Source: a virus (lineage: Duplodnaviria > Caudoviricetes). From it: 37,118 nt of DNA. Of the stretch, positions 7,118 to 15,791 are shown in pieces. Below the pieces are notes generated by a model. That model had not been told where the DNA came from, ran no database searches, and was given only the letters and a program-made list of their open reading frames with translations. The position numbers and the translations under genes are program-made. The stretch spans positions 1 to 37,118 of the IMG/VR virus record IMGVR_UViG_3300044591_002261; one strand, 5' to 3'. Position 1 is the stretch's first letter; the number at the start of each line of letters is the position of its first letter.

Positions 7118-8937
7118 AGCTACGCGCCCGCCTGGGACTCGCGCCCACCGCCCCCGCCACGCCCGCCCCGCGGCCCGCCGCGCGGCTCCTGCCCGTCCCG
7201 GGGAGCCACGCGCCGGTGCCGTTCTCGGCGGACGTGGCGCGCGTGCTGGGCCTGCCCCGGCGGGACCTCGCGACAACGTGGACGGCGGGCGACGTCGCGG
7301 AGCTCGAGGCGCGCCTCCGCAAGCCCCCCGGGCCGTGCCGGTGCGCCGATTTCGCCCGCCCCTGCCCGACCCGCCTCTTACCCACGCAGGCACGCGCGCT
7401 GCTCGAGGCGCCCCGGACCGGGGGGCTCCTCGCACCCATTGGCGTGGGACATGGAAAAACCCTCGTGGACCTCCTGCTCCCGATGGTCATGCAGTCGAAG
7501 ACCGCGGTCCTCCTCATCCCGGCGAACCTCCGCGCCCAGCTCCTCGAGCGGGATTGGGACTACTACGGCGCCCACTGGCACCTGCCGAACCTCGCCGGGG
7601 GGCGCTGGTTCCAAGCGGGCCGGCCGGCGCTCCACGTCCTGACGTACAGCAAGCTCTCGACGCAGGAAGGGACGAACCTCCTCACGCGCATCAAGCCGGA
7701 CTTGCTCATCTGCGACGAAGCGCACAACCTCCGCGACCGTCGAGCGGCGAGGACCGTCCGCTTCCTGCGCTACTTTCGGCAGGCCGAAGGCGTGCGCCTC
7801 TGCGCCCTGTCTGGGACGCTTACGAGCAAGAGCATCCGCGACTACGCTCACCTCGCCGAGCTCGCACTCCGCGACGGCTCCCCCCTGCCCCTGCACCCGC
7901 CGACGGTCGAGGAGTGGGCGAGCGCCATCGACCCGAGCGAGGCGCCCGCGGACGCCGGCGCCCTGCGCCGCTTCTGCGACACCGGCGAGCACGTCCGGGA
8001 CGGGTTCCGGCGCCGCCGCAACGACACGCCGGGCGTCGTCGCCACGGACGAGAGCGCCCTGGGGACGTCGCTGGTTATCCGCGAGCGGAAAGTCGACATC
8101 CCGCAAGCCCTCCACGCCCACATTGCCACCGTGCTGGAGGACGGCGTGCGGCCAGACGGCGAGGAGCTCGTGGAGCGCCTGCAACAGGTGGCCTGCGCGC
8201 GGCAGCTCGCGAGCGGCTTCTTTCACCGCTGGCGCTATCCACGGGGCGAGCCGCTGGAGCTGATTACGGAGTGGTTCGGACGCCGGCAGGCGTGGAACAG
8301 GGAGCTGCGGCAGAGGCTCCAGCACCCGCGCGAACACCTCGACTCCCCGGGCCTGCTCCTCCGTGCGGCCCTCCGCGCGTACCAGGAGCCGGCGTACGAG
8401 GGCGAGCTGCCCGTCTGGCGCGCCAAGGAGTTCGAGCCGTGGCACGAGATACACCGTCAGGTTCAGCCCGTGCCAGAGGCCGTGTGGCTGGACGAGTCGG
8501 TCGTGAACGACGCCGCCGCGTGGGCGCGGGAGACCCCGGGCATCGTTTGGGTTGAGTTCCCCGAGCTCGGCGAGCGCATTGCCCGCGCGGCCGGCGTGCC
8601 CTGGTACGGAGGCGGGCCGGAGGCGTCGACCGCCATCGCGCTCGAGCGCGGCGCCCGCTCCATCGTGGCAAGCATCCGCGCGCACGGGACAGGCAAGAAC
8701 CTCCAGACGTTTAGCCGGAACCTCGTGGCCAATCCCCCCGCTGACGGCGGCGCGTGGGAGCAGCTCCTCGGGCGCACGCACCGCCAGGGGCAGACGGCGG
8801 ACGAGGTGACGGTCGACCTCTACCTCCACACGGACGAGCTCCGGCGCGCGTGGGACAAGGCTCGCGAGTACGCCCTCTTTATCCAGCAGACCGAGGGGCA
8901 GCCGCAGAAGTTGTGCCTCGCGTCGTGGGCGGACTGA
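7114..8937 (+). CDS. SF2 (SNF2/DExH-like) helicase
   Basis: GVGHGKT, DEAH, LSGT, QLLGRTHRQGQ. Confidence 0.9.
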   Translation: MKLRARLGLAPTAPATPAPRPAARLLPVPGSHAPVPFSADVARVLGLPRRDLATTWTAGDVAELEARLRKPPGPCRCADFARPCPTRLLPTQARALLEAPRTGGLLAPIGVGHGKTLVDLLLPMVMQSKTAVLLIPANLRAQLLERDWDYYGAHWHLPNLAGGRWFQAGRPALHVLTYSKLSTQEGTNLLTRIKPDLLICDEAHNLRDRRAARTVRFLRYFRQAEGVRLCALSGTLTSKSIRDYAHLAELALRDGSPLPLHPPTVEEWASAIDPSEAPADAGALRRFCDTGEHVRDGFRRRRNDTPGVVATDESALGTSLVIRERKVDIPQALHAHIATVLEDGVRPDGEELVERLQQVACARQLASGFFHRWRYPRGEPLELITEWFGRRQAWNRELRQRLQHPREHLDSPGLLLRAALRAYQEPAYEGELPVWRAKEFEPWHEIHRQVQPVPEAVWLDESVVNDAAAWARETPGIVWVEFPELGERIARAAGVPWYGGGPEASTAIALERGARSIVASIRAHGTGKNLQTFSRNLVANPPADGGAWEQLLGRTHRQGQTADEVTVDLYLHTDELRRAWDKAREYALFIQQTEGQPQKLCLASWAD

Positions 8938-8959
8938 GCGGAAAAATCCCTTTAAAAAT

Positions 8960-8986
8960 GCCACGGGAAAAAACCGCACACATTTA
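8960..8986 (+). promoter_or_regulatory. Phage motif copy 3
   Basis: GCCACgggaaaaAACCGCACACATTTA, 5 nt before ATG 8992. Confidence 0.8.
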
Positions 8987-8991
8987 AGGGC

Positions 8992-9201
8992 ATGACCTCG
9001 ACCGCGACCTTCATCCAGCGACTCTCGGCCCTCCTCGACCGCCTCACCGTTGCGCTGTACCACCCGCATCGCCCGCCGTTTCAGAGCTACTACCTGACCG
9101 GCAGCTATGACCTGACGACGAAGGTCATTCCCGGGCACGAGCTGATTCGCGTCCTCCGCGAGCAGCAGCCCGCCCCGCGCGCGCGCCGTCTCTCGGCGTA
9201 G
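8992..9201 (+). CDS. Hypothetical protein
   Basis: 69-aa ORF directly after motif copy 3. Confidence 0.55.
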   Translation: MTSTATFIQRLSALLDRLTVALYHPHRPPFQSYYLTGSYDLTTKVIPGHELIRVLREQQPAPRARRLSA

Positions 9202-9272
9202 CGCTTCTCCATCCAACCCACGCACTCCCCGGCGCTCCCCGCGTCGAGGCGCTCCACCATCCAAAGGCAACC

Positions 9273-9812
9273 ATGTCCGCATCCATCGCCGCCCGTCGCA
9301 TCGCTCAGGCCCAGGCCGCTTCCTCCTCCGCGCAGTACCCGAAGCCCGGCCGCTACCGCTTCTCCATCGACGCCATCAAGGCAAAGGACGGCCACCGCGG
9401 GCTGTCTGCCATTGCCGAGCTGCGCGTCGTCACCTCCGAGCAGACTGAGCCGGACGTCCGCCCCTCCTCGGTGGGCGCCGTCGTCTCGTACATTGAGAAG
9501 CTGGACGACGCGAAGAAGGGCGGCCCCGCCAGGTTCAAGGCCTTCCTCTGTGCGCTGGTGGGTGCCTCGAACGAGGAGCTGAACGAGGAGCGCGTCATCA
9601 GCTTCTACGACGAGGAGAAGGCGCCCGGGTACGCGCTGCTCATCGACTGCGAGGTCTACACGAAGACGCTGCCCAGCAAGGACGGCAAGCCGCCGAAGGC
9701 CATCGAGTCCTACCGCTGGGCCACGGTGGACCTCACCGACGACGAGCTGGACGGCGTAGAGAAGAAGCGCGCCTCGGCGGAGCTGCCCCCGCTCTCCGAG
9801 GTGCTGGGCTGA
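9273..9812 (+). CDS. Probable single-stranded DNA-binding protein
   Basis: PKPGRY beta-rich OB-like pattern; lies between the helicase and PolA; AAAGG RBS. Confidence 0.55.
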   Translation: MSASIAARRIAQAQAASSSAQYPKPGRYRFSIDAIKAKDGHRGLSAIAELRVVTSEQTEPDVRPSSVGAVVSYIEKLDDAKKGGPARFKAFLCALVGASNEELNEERVISFYDEEKAPGYALLIDCEVYTKTLPSKDGKPPKAIESYRWATVDLTDDELDGVEKKRASAELPPLSEVLG

Positions 9813-10066
9813 TGCTCTCGCGCGACCGCTACCAGGACGCCGTCGAGGCGCTCGCGGAGCTGGACTCGTGGCGCGCGGATGCGGCGCGGCTGCTGTGCTC
9901 CTGGCACCAGCGAGAGAACGTCCCGGACGCAACGTCAGACGAAATCGAGGTGGTGGCGAAATTCCAGCGCTGCGACCTCTGCGACCGGCTGACGGAGGTG
10001 CGCTGGACGCCTTCCCGCGAGCGCCTCCGCCGCGTTCTGGACACCCTCACCCCGCCGTCTCCCTGA
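9812..10066 (+). CDS. Hypothetical protein with CxxH/CxxC
   Basis: TGATG coupling; CSWH...CDLC. Confidence 0.6.
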   Translation: MLSRDRYQDAVEALAELDSWRADAARLLCSWHQRENVPDATSDEIEVVAKFQRCDLCDRLTEVRWTPSRERLRRVLDTLTPPSP

Positions 10067-10097
10067 GCGGCTTCACCTTCCCCCCTTCCGGCGCCCC

Positions 10098-10424
10098 GTG
10101 GCCTCTCTCGCCTCCCTCATCGCTCGCCGACTGCTTGCCCCGAAGCGCGCCCCTCGTCCCCCCAGGGCTGCTCGGATTCAGGCGGTCGCGGACGTCCCCC
10201 CTCCTCCCCCTCCCTCAGCGGGCTGGCGGGGGGCCTGTAGGGCGACGAGCGTGGACACGGGGCGCCGGTGCTGTCTGCTTGACGGGCACCCGGGACTGCA
10301 TCGCCACGGGCGCACCGAGTTCCTCCGCGTGGCCGTGGACGACGAGGAAATCGCTCGCGCCCGGCAACGCCTCAACCACGCCGCGGCCACCCGGCTCGGC
10401 ACCTACCTGGAGAACGACGAGTGA
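10098..10424 (+). CDS. Hypothetical Cys/His-motif protein
   Basis: C...RCCLLDGHPGLH; GTGA-coupled to the next gene. Confidence 0.55.
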   Translation: MASLASLIARRLLAPKRAPRPPRAARIQAVADVPPPPPPSAGWRGACRATSVDTGRRCCLLDGHPGLHRHGRTEFLRVAVDDEEIARARQRLNHAAATRLGTYLENDE

Positions 10425-10735
10425 GCGACGACAAGAAGCAGTGCAGCCGTCCCGGATGCGGGAAGCCGCTCCGCCGCGACAACTTGAAGGGGGTCTGCTC
10501 TTCGGGCTGCCTCAGCCCGGAGGCCCCCGGCGCGCTCCGCGCGAAGGACGCCACCCCGCGCGCCCCGGCGCCCTCGCCTCGAGCTGCTCCGGCCTCCGCG
10601 CCCCGCGACGGCCTCAGCGCCCTGGAGAAGTTCCGGGTCGTCTGCGACGCGCTCGGGCGGGACGCGGATGGAGAGCTTGAGGAGTTCGCGTCCGAGTGGC
10701 TGAAGGCCCTCGCCGAGAAGCTGGAGGAGGCATGA
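10421..10735 (+). CDS. Hypothetical Zn-finger protein
   Basis: CSRPGC...GVCSSGC; coupled overlaps at both ends. Confidence 0.65.
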   Translation: MSDDKKQCSRPGCGKPLRRDNLKGVCSSGCLSPEAPGALRAKDATPRAPAPSPRAAPASAPRDGLSALEKFRVVCDALGRDADGELEEFASEWLKALAEKLEEA

Positions 10736-10944
10736 CAGCCAGTGACATTCGTGACGGCGACATCCTCACGCGAGGTGACGCGCTGCAGATGCTCGGGTTC
10801 TCAGCCACCCTTCTGGACCGCTTGGTTCGCTCCGGGGAGCTGCCCGTCATCCGCACCCCCAGCGGCTACCGGCTGTTCCTCCTCGCCGACCTGAAGGAGC
10901 TGGCCTCGAAGCGCGCCCGTAGGGGCCTGAAGGTGCGCCAGTGA
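10732..10944 (+). CDS. MerR/Xis-like HTH (HTH_17) protein
   Basis: LTRGDALQMLGFSATLLDRLVRSGELPVIRTPSGYRLF; GGAGGAGG before the ATG. Confidence 0.8.
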   Translation: MTASDIRDGDILTRGDALQMLGFSATLLDRLVRSGELPVIRTPSGYRLFLLADLKELASKRARRGLKVRQ

Positions 10945-11129
10945 GGCACTGCCCCACCTGTCAGAGGAAGATGCCCGAGCCCCGGGACACGGGCCGGGTG
11001 CGGGACTGCCTCGTCTGCGGGAAGCCGGTGGAGAGCGCCGGGATGGGGCGCCCCCGCCTCATTCATCCCGAGTGCCGTCCGCTGCGCGCGAAGACGTACG
11101 AGGCGAAGCGCCCGGGGGAGTCCCGGTGA
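10941..11129 (+). CDS. Small Zn-finger protein
   Basis: CPTC, CLVCG...GRPR..HPEC. Confidence 0.6.
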   Translation: MRHCPTCQRKMPEPRDTGRVRDCLVCGKPVESAGMGRPRLIHPECRPLRAKTYEAKRPGESR

Positions 11130-13078
11130 GAGTCGTCGCCTTCGACACCGAGACGCACCTCATCCAGCCTGGCCTCGCCGCGCCCCCGCTCGTGTGCCTC
11201 TCCTGGCACGACGGGCACCGCTCGGGCCTGCTCCGGAAGGACGAGTCGCTCGAGTGGTACGCGCGCCACGTCGCCGACCCGGACGTCCTCCTCGTGGGCT
11301 GCAACGTCGTTTACGACCTGGGCGTCCTCTGCGCCGCGCGGCCGGAACTCGTGGCGCCCACCTTCGCCGCCGTCGAGGCGGGCCGCGTCTCGTCCATCGA
11401 CATCCGGGAAGCCCTGCTCGACATCGCCCGCGGGGAGCTCTCTGACGAGGAGGACGGCAACGGGCGCCGGTACTCGCTCGCGATGCTTGCCCTCCGCCAC
11501 CTCGGGAAGGACATCAGCGCGGACAAGGGGGCGGACGGATGGCGCCTGCGCTACGCGCAGCTCGACGGGCGGCCCCTGTCCGAGTGGCCGGCGGAGGCCG
11601 TCGACTACCCGCTCCGGGACGCGAGGCACACGCTCGACGTCTGGCACGGGCAGGAGCGCGCGGCGAACGACCCGGCGCTCGGCAAGCCCTTGCGGCAGAA
11701 CCTCGCTGACGAGCCTCGTCAGGTGCGCGCCGCGTGGGCGCTCCGGCTTGCTTCCATGTGGGGCCTCCGTGTCAGCCCCTCGAGGTATGCCGCGATGAAG
11801 GCCAGCGTGGATGCGGAGTTCTCCCGCGCCCGGGGCGAGTTCGCGAAGCACGGCATCTTCCGCGCGAACGGGACGAAGGACACGAAGCGGCTTGGCGAGC
11901 TCGTTACCGCGGCCTACGGCGGGAAGCCCCCCATCGCGCCCACGGGCAAGGTCGCCACCGACCGCGACACGCTGCTCGAGAGCGGCGACCCCATCCTCGT
12001 GGAGCTGGGCAAGGCCGGCCGGAACGACAAGCTGCGCTCGACCTACCTCCCGATGTTGGAGAAGGGGCTCGAGCGGCCTTGGAATCCCTCATTCAACGTG
12101 CTCGTCGCGACCGGCCGCGTGTCCTCGGACGCGCAGCAGTTCCCCCAGAACGGCGGAATCCGGGAGTGCTTCGAGCCCCGGCCGGGACACGTCTTCTGCA
12201 GCGTCGACTACGGCGGCCTCGAGCTCCGGACGATGTCTCAGCGGGCCATCTGGACGGTCGGGCACTCGCGGATGGCGGAGGCGCTCAACCGCGGTCAGGA
12301 CGTCCACACGCTCGCCGCCGCGTCATTCCTGCGCGTGTCCTACGACGCCCTCCTCCCGCGCGTGAAAGCGAAGGAGAAGGAGGCGACGAGCTACCGCGCC
12401 CTCGCGAAGGTCTTCAACTTCGGCAAGGGCGGGGGCTTGGGCGCCGGTGGCATGGCCTACAACGCCCGGGAGAAGGACGGCGTGCGCTTCTGCCTCCTGC
12501 TCGGGCGCGCGGAGAAGTGCGGCACGAAGAACGTCGACGTCTTCGCGAAGGGCAAGTCGAAGAAGGTTTGCGCCGTCTGCGTCCAGGTGGCGAAGGAGCT
12601 CGGCGACGCATGGCTGAAGGCGTGGCCTGAGCAGAAGGAGCTGTTCGACCGAGCGGCGCACCTGACGCAGGGGGACGCGGAGGTAGCCGTCGAGGTGCCC
12701 GTCTCCCGGCGCGTGCGGGGCGGGTGCCGCTACACGCAATGGCTCAACACGCCATTTCAAGGGCTCGGCGGCGACCTCGCGAAGGATGCGACGTGGCGCG
12801 TGTCGCGGGAGATGTACGTCGACCGGAAGTCTCCCCTCTTCGGCTCGCGGCTCGTGCTGATGGTTCACGACGAGCTCATCGCGGAGCTGCCGGAGGGGCA
12901 GGCGCCGGAGGCCGCGGAGCGTCTGGCGCACCTGATGCGGGAGGCCGCGCGCGAGTGGCTCCCGGACCTCGGGCCGTCCATCGAGGCGGAGCCGGCCATA
13001 TCGCGCACCTTGTCGAAGTCAATGGCGACCGTTCGGGACGCAAGCGGACGGCTTCAACTGTGGGAGGCGAAGCAATGA
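11126..13078 (+). CDS. polA: Family A DNA polymerase with 3'-5' exonuclease, no 5'-3' exonuclease
   Basis: Exo I FDTET, Exo II NVVYD, Exo III YPLRD; TGRVSS; motif A DYGGLELR; motif B R..AKVFNFG; motif C VHDE. Confidence 0.93.
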   Translation: MRVVAFDTETHLIQPGLAAPPLVCLSWHDGHRSGLLRKDESLEWYARHVADPDVLLVGCNVVYDLGVLCAARPELVAPTFAAVEAGRVSSIDIREALLDIARGELSDEEDGNGRRYSLAMLALRHLGKDISADKGADGWRLRYAQLDGRPLSEWPAEAVDYPLRDARHTLDVWHGQERAANDPALGKPLRQNLADEPRQVRAAWALRLASMWGLRVSPSRYAAMKASVDAEFSRARGEFAKHGIFRANGTKDTKRLGELVTAAYGGKPPIAPTGKVATDRDTLLESGDPILVELGKAGRNDKLRSTYLPMLEKGLERPWNPSFNVLVATGRVSSDAQQFPQNGGIRECFEPRPGHVFCSVDYGGLELRTMSQRAIWTVGHSRMAEALNRGQDVHTLAAASFLRVSYDALLPRVKAKEKEATSYRALAKVFNFGKGGGLGAGGMAYNAREKDGVRFCLLLGRAEKCGTKNVDVFAKGKSKKVCAVCVQVAKELGDAWLKAWPEQKELFDRAAHLTQGDAEVAVEVPVSRRVRGGCRYTQWLNTPFQGLGGDLAKDATWRVSREMYVDRKSPLFGSRLVLMVHDELIAELPEGQAPEAAERLAHLMREAAREWLPDLGPSIEAEPAISRTLSKSMATVRDASGRLQLWEAKQ

Positions 13079-13326
13079 GCGGATCGGGACCATTCCTGGA
13101 AGACCAGCGGCTTCGGACGGAACAGATTATTCGCGAGCGCGACGAGGCGCGGGCGCTGCTGCTCAAGGTGATGGAAACGGGCAGGGCTGCGCTTGTGGAG
13201 ATTGCCGAGCGCCAGCGAGCCGCGTGCGCGCGTCGCCTGTTCGCCGGGCTGCTCCTGCGTGACGGCACCGAGGATTGGGTCCAGGTCGTCAATGAGACGC
13301 CGCTGGTGACGGAGGAGCAGCCGTGA
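13075..13326 (+). CDS. Hypothetical protein
   Basis: ATGA and GTGA coupling on both sides. Confidence 0.55.
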   Translation: MSGSGPFLEDQRLRTEQIIRERDEARALLLKVMETGRAALVEIAERQRAACARRLFAGLLLRDGTEDWVQVVNETPLVTEEQP

Positions 13327-13634
13327 GCCGCCACACTCCGGGACCGTGGACGGTGGGCAGGTGCCGTCATCAGGAGGTCTGGATTGACGCACCGGGCGGG
13401 GACCCGACGCTCGGATTCAAGGCGTGGGACGGGCTGCTCTCCGCCTGGGGAAGCGACGATGACCCGGTGCGCGGGCTCGAGGTGGCAAAGGCCAACGCCC
13501 AGGTCGCGGCCTGCGCGCCGGAGCTGCTGGCCCTGTTGGAGGAGGCGCGCGAGTGCCTCGGATTCGACGCAACGGCAGAGCTGCTCGACCGCATCGACGC
13601 CGTCATCGTCAAGGCGAAGGGGGAACAGCCGTGA
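13323..13634 (+). CDS. Conserved phage protein of the HTPGPW...ANA..A.APELL type
   Basis: MSRHTPGPW; ANAQVAACAPELLALL. Confidence 0.75.
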   Translation: MSRHTPGPWTVGRCRHQEVWIDAPGGDPTLGFKAWDGLLSAWGSDDDPVRGLEVAKANAQVAACAPELLALLEEARECLGFDATAELLDRIDAVIVKAKGEQP

Positions 13635-13840
13635 GCACGTCCAGGACAACCCCCTACGCGCTCGAAATCGACGCGGCGCTACGCGAGGCGGAGGAACTCC
13701 GCGCGCGGATGCGGGAGGCGAAGGCAAAGCGCGTCCGCGCCCTGCTCGCAGAAGGGATGACGCTCGCGGACATCTCTCGCGCCGTTGGCCTGCACAAAGC
13801 GACGGTCAGGAAAATCCGCGACGGGGAGTGGCGCGCGTGA
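13631..13840 (+). CDS. HTH DNA-binding protein
   Basis: LLAEGMTLADISRAVGLHKATVRKIR. Confidence 0.7.
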   Translation: MSTSRTTPYALEIDAALREAEELRARMREAKAKRVRALLAEGMTLADISRAVGLHKATVRKIRDGEWRA

Positions 13841-14304
13841 GTCTCATCGCCATCGACCCGGGCGTCCACCGTGTCGGGCTCGCGCTGTTCGACGGGGAGG
13901 AGCTCACGTTCGCGAACCTCCTAGACGTGCCGAACGAGGGCTTCGGCTTCCCCATCCCCTTCCCGCGCGCCCCCCGCGTCGTCCTCGAGGTGCCCCGCAT
14001 TTACCCGGCGAGCCGGCAGAAGGGCGACCCGAACGACCTCCTCGCCCTCGCGCGCATCGTCGGCCGGCTTCAGGAGCATTACCTCGCCGCCGGCGCGGAC
14101 GTGGAGCTCGTGGAGCCACGGACCTGGAAGGGGACGCTACCGAAGGAGGCCATGACCGAGCGGATCCGCGGCCGTCTCTCGGCAGAGGAGCGAGCCCGCG
14201 TGGCGCCCGTTGCGCGGAGCCTCGAACACAACGTCCTGGACGCGGTCGGGATTGGCCTCCACGCGCTCGGACGTCTTAGCCCCCGGAAGGTGGTGCCGCG
14301 GTGA
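13837..14304 (+). CDS. RuvC-like Holliday junction resolvase
   Basis: LIAIDPG, VLEVP, PRTWKG..PK, HNVLDAVGI. Confidence 0.78.
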   Translation: MSLIAIDPGVHRVGLALFDGEELTFANLLDVPNEGFGFPIPFPRAPRVVLEVPRIYPASRQKGDPNDLLALARIVGRLQEHYLAAGADVELVEPRTWKGTLPKEAMTERIRGRLSAEERARVAPVARSLEHNVLDAVGIGLHALGRLSPRKVVPR

Positions 14305-14561
14305 CTCCCCTCCTGCTATCGAAGCGCCGCGCGGCCGCGTTGCTCGGCATCGGTCGGACCAACACCCTCCAGGAGCTCATCGAGTCCGGGAAGCTCCGCG
14401 TCGTCCGTGTCGCGGGGCGCGTGAAGGTGCCGCTCGAGGAGGTCCAACGCATCGCCCGGGAGGGCACGGAGCCCCCGCCGAAGTACCGGAAACAAGCGGA
14501 GCCCGTCGCGCGCACGCGGGGGCGGGATGCCGCGGCGGAGCTCCGCGCGATGAAGTTCTAG
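14301..14561 (+). CDS. xis: Excisionase-like HTH protein (Xis-1)
   Basis: LLLSKRRAAALLGIGR..LQELIESGKLRVVRVAGRVKVP; convergent with int. Confidence 0.78.
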   Translation: MTPLLLSKRRAAALLGIGRTNTLQELIESGKLRVVRVAGRVKVPLEEVQRIAREGTEPPPKYRKQAEPVARTRGRDAAAELRAMKF

Positions 14562-15583
14562 CGGAGGGTCGGCACCTTCGCGGGGACGCCGAACGTCGCG
14601 TAGAAGCGCTTCGTCGTCTGCGGGGACTTGTGGTTGAGGAACGCGGACACGACCGCCGGCGGCGTCTGCGAGTTGACTGCCCAGGTCGCGACCGAGTGCC
14701 GAAGGTGCCCCGGCTGCAAAGCGGGCCGCACCCCCGCAGCGGACGACGCCTTCGCGAGCGCCTTCCTCAAATCGAAGTAGTTCAGCCCCTCCAGCTTGAG
14801 CAGCCGGGCCGCGGCCTCCACCACCTCCGGGGAGACCTGCGTCCGGAGCGGCTCGCCGCTCTTAGTCTGGGGGCAGTCGAGCACCTTCGCCCCCCTCTCG
14901 GTCGGATGGTTGCTTACGCTCCCGCCCGTGATGAACCGCGCGAGCTCGGAGAAGTGCCAGCCCGTACCGGCGAGCACGTCGAGCGCGTCACGCCACGTTC
15001 CTTCCAAGTGCTCGCGCACCTTCGCGAAGTTCTCCGGGCTGATGGCCTTCGGCGTCTTCCACTGTTCAGGGCGCGCCTGGGGGACGGAGAGCCCGGCCGT
15101 CGGGTCCTCCGCCTTCTTCAGGACGTGGCGCTCCTTGATGAGCCACGAGCAGAAGGCCTTCAAGGTGGCGATCTTTTGCTTCCTCGCCTCCGGCGCACCG
15201 TCCAGCGCGGACACGAGCCGGGCCGTGGAGAGCCTCCGGACGTCCACCTCCCCGAGCACGTCGAGCCACCACACGAGCGCCCGGTGTTGGTCCGTGACCC
15301 ACTTCGGCGTGTTCTTCTTCACGTCCCGGCTCCACGACAGGAAGAGCGCGGCCGTGTCCTTCGTCAGCGCCGCTCCCGTGCTCTCTTGGCTAGCCCCCGG
15401 CCGGTAGTTCCAAGGGTCCTCCTCGAACCGCTTTAACTGCGCGTGCGCCGCCGTCGAGGTGTGGCACCGTGTGGAGACCTCGAACCGATGCCCCTCGAGC
15501 ATCCTCCGGATGATGAAAACGTCCCGTCCCTTAGCGTCCTTCCTGATGTAACCGCCGTCCCACGTCCGCGTCGTATCGGGCAT
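14558..15583 (-). CDS. int: Tyrosine recombinase / phage integrase
   Basis: LAGTGWHFSEL, TKSG, HLRHSVATW, LNHKSPQTTKRFY; adjacent to a tRNA-derived att site. Confidence 0.92.
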   Translation of the reverse strand: MPDTTRTWDGGYIRKDAKGRDVFIIRRMLEGHRFEVSTRCHTSTAAHAQLKRFEEDPWNYRPGASQESTGAALTKDTAALFLSWSRDVKKNTPKWVTDQHRALVWWLDVLGEVDVRRLSTARLVSALDGAPEARKQKIATLKAFCSWLIKERHVLKKAEDPTAGLSVPQARPEQWKTPKAISPENFAKVREHLEGTWRDALDVLAGTGWHFSELARFITGGSVSNHPTERGAKVLDCPQTKSGEPLRTQVSPEVVEAAARLLKLEGLNYFDLRKALAKASSAAGVRPALQPGHLRHSVATWAVNSQTPPAVVSAFLNHKSPQTTKRFYATFGVPAKVPTLR

Positions 15584-15606
15584 GGGTGGACCTTAGTGGC
15601 TCTTTA

Positions 15607-15782
15607 AAAGTGGGGGAAGGTTGGGGGATGAGATGCGCGAGGAGGGGTTCGAACCCTCACAAACGGTCGCCCGTTTTGCGGATTTTAAGTCCGTGCCTCC
15701 CCCTCCCGCGATCCCCGTTTCCCTCTGAGAATCGGGCTTTAGCGGACGCCTGTTGACTCCAAAGTGGGGGAAGATTGGGGGA
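15607..15782. repeat. Direct repeat pair flanking the attP core (candidate integrase arm sites)
   Basis: AAAGTGGGGGAAGGTTGGGGGA at 15607-15628 and AAAGTGGGGGAAGATTGGGGGA at 15761-15782 (21/22 identical). Confidence 0.75.
15634..15694 (-). other. attP core: 3' portion of a tRNA-Leu(TAA)
   Basis: Minus strand CGGA-CTTAAAA-TCCG anticodon arm, AAACGG-GCGA-CCGTTT variable arm, GAGGG-TTCGAAC-CCCTC T arm, CTCGCGC-A acceptor 3' strand; no D arm or 5' acceptor strand. Confidence 0.88.
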
Positions 15783-15791
15783 CGGATTCGG

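Noticed and set aside
7023-9282. Long alternative ORFs (7023-8555 +, 7378-9282 -) and similar ones at 20213-21778, 27639-29312, 31906-33408 and 35304-36650
   Set aside because: Shadow frames of high-GC genes; they overlap clearly identified proteins and lack recognisable motifs
11126-13078. Z-genome (DpoZ) or other base-modification system to explain the odd PolA
   Set aside because: No PurZ, dATPase, MazG-like, queuosine-pathway or methyltransferase gene was recognised in the window
15634-15720. Complete phage tRNA-Leu gene
   Set aside because: The D arm and 5' acceptor strand (expected GCGCGAG) are missing, so it is better explained as attP
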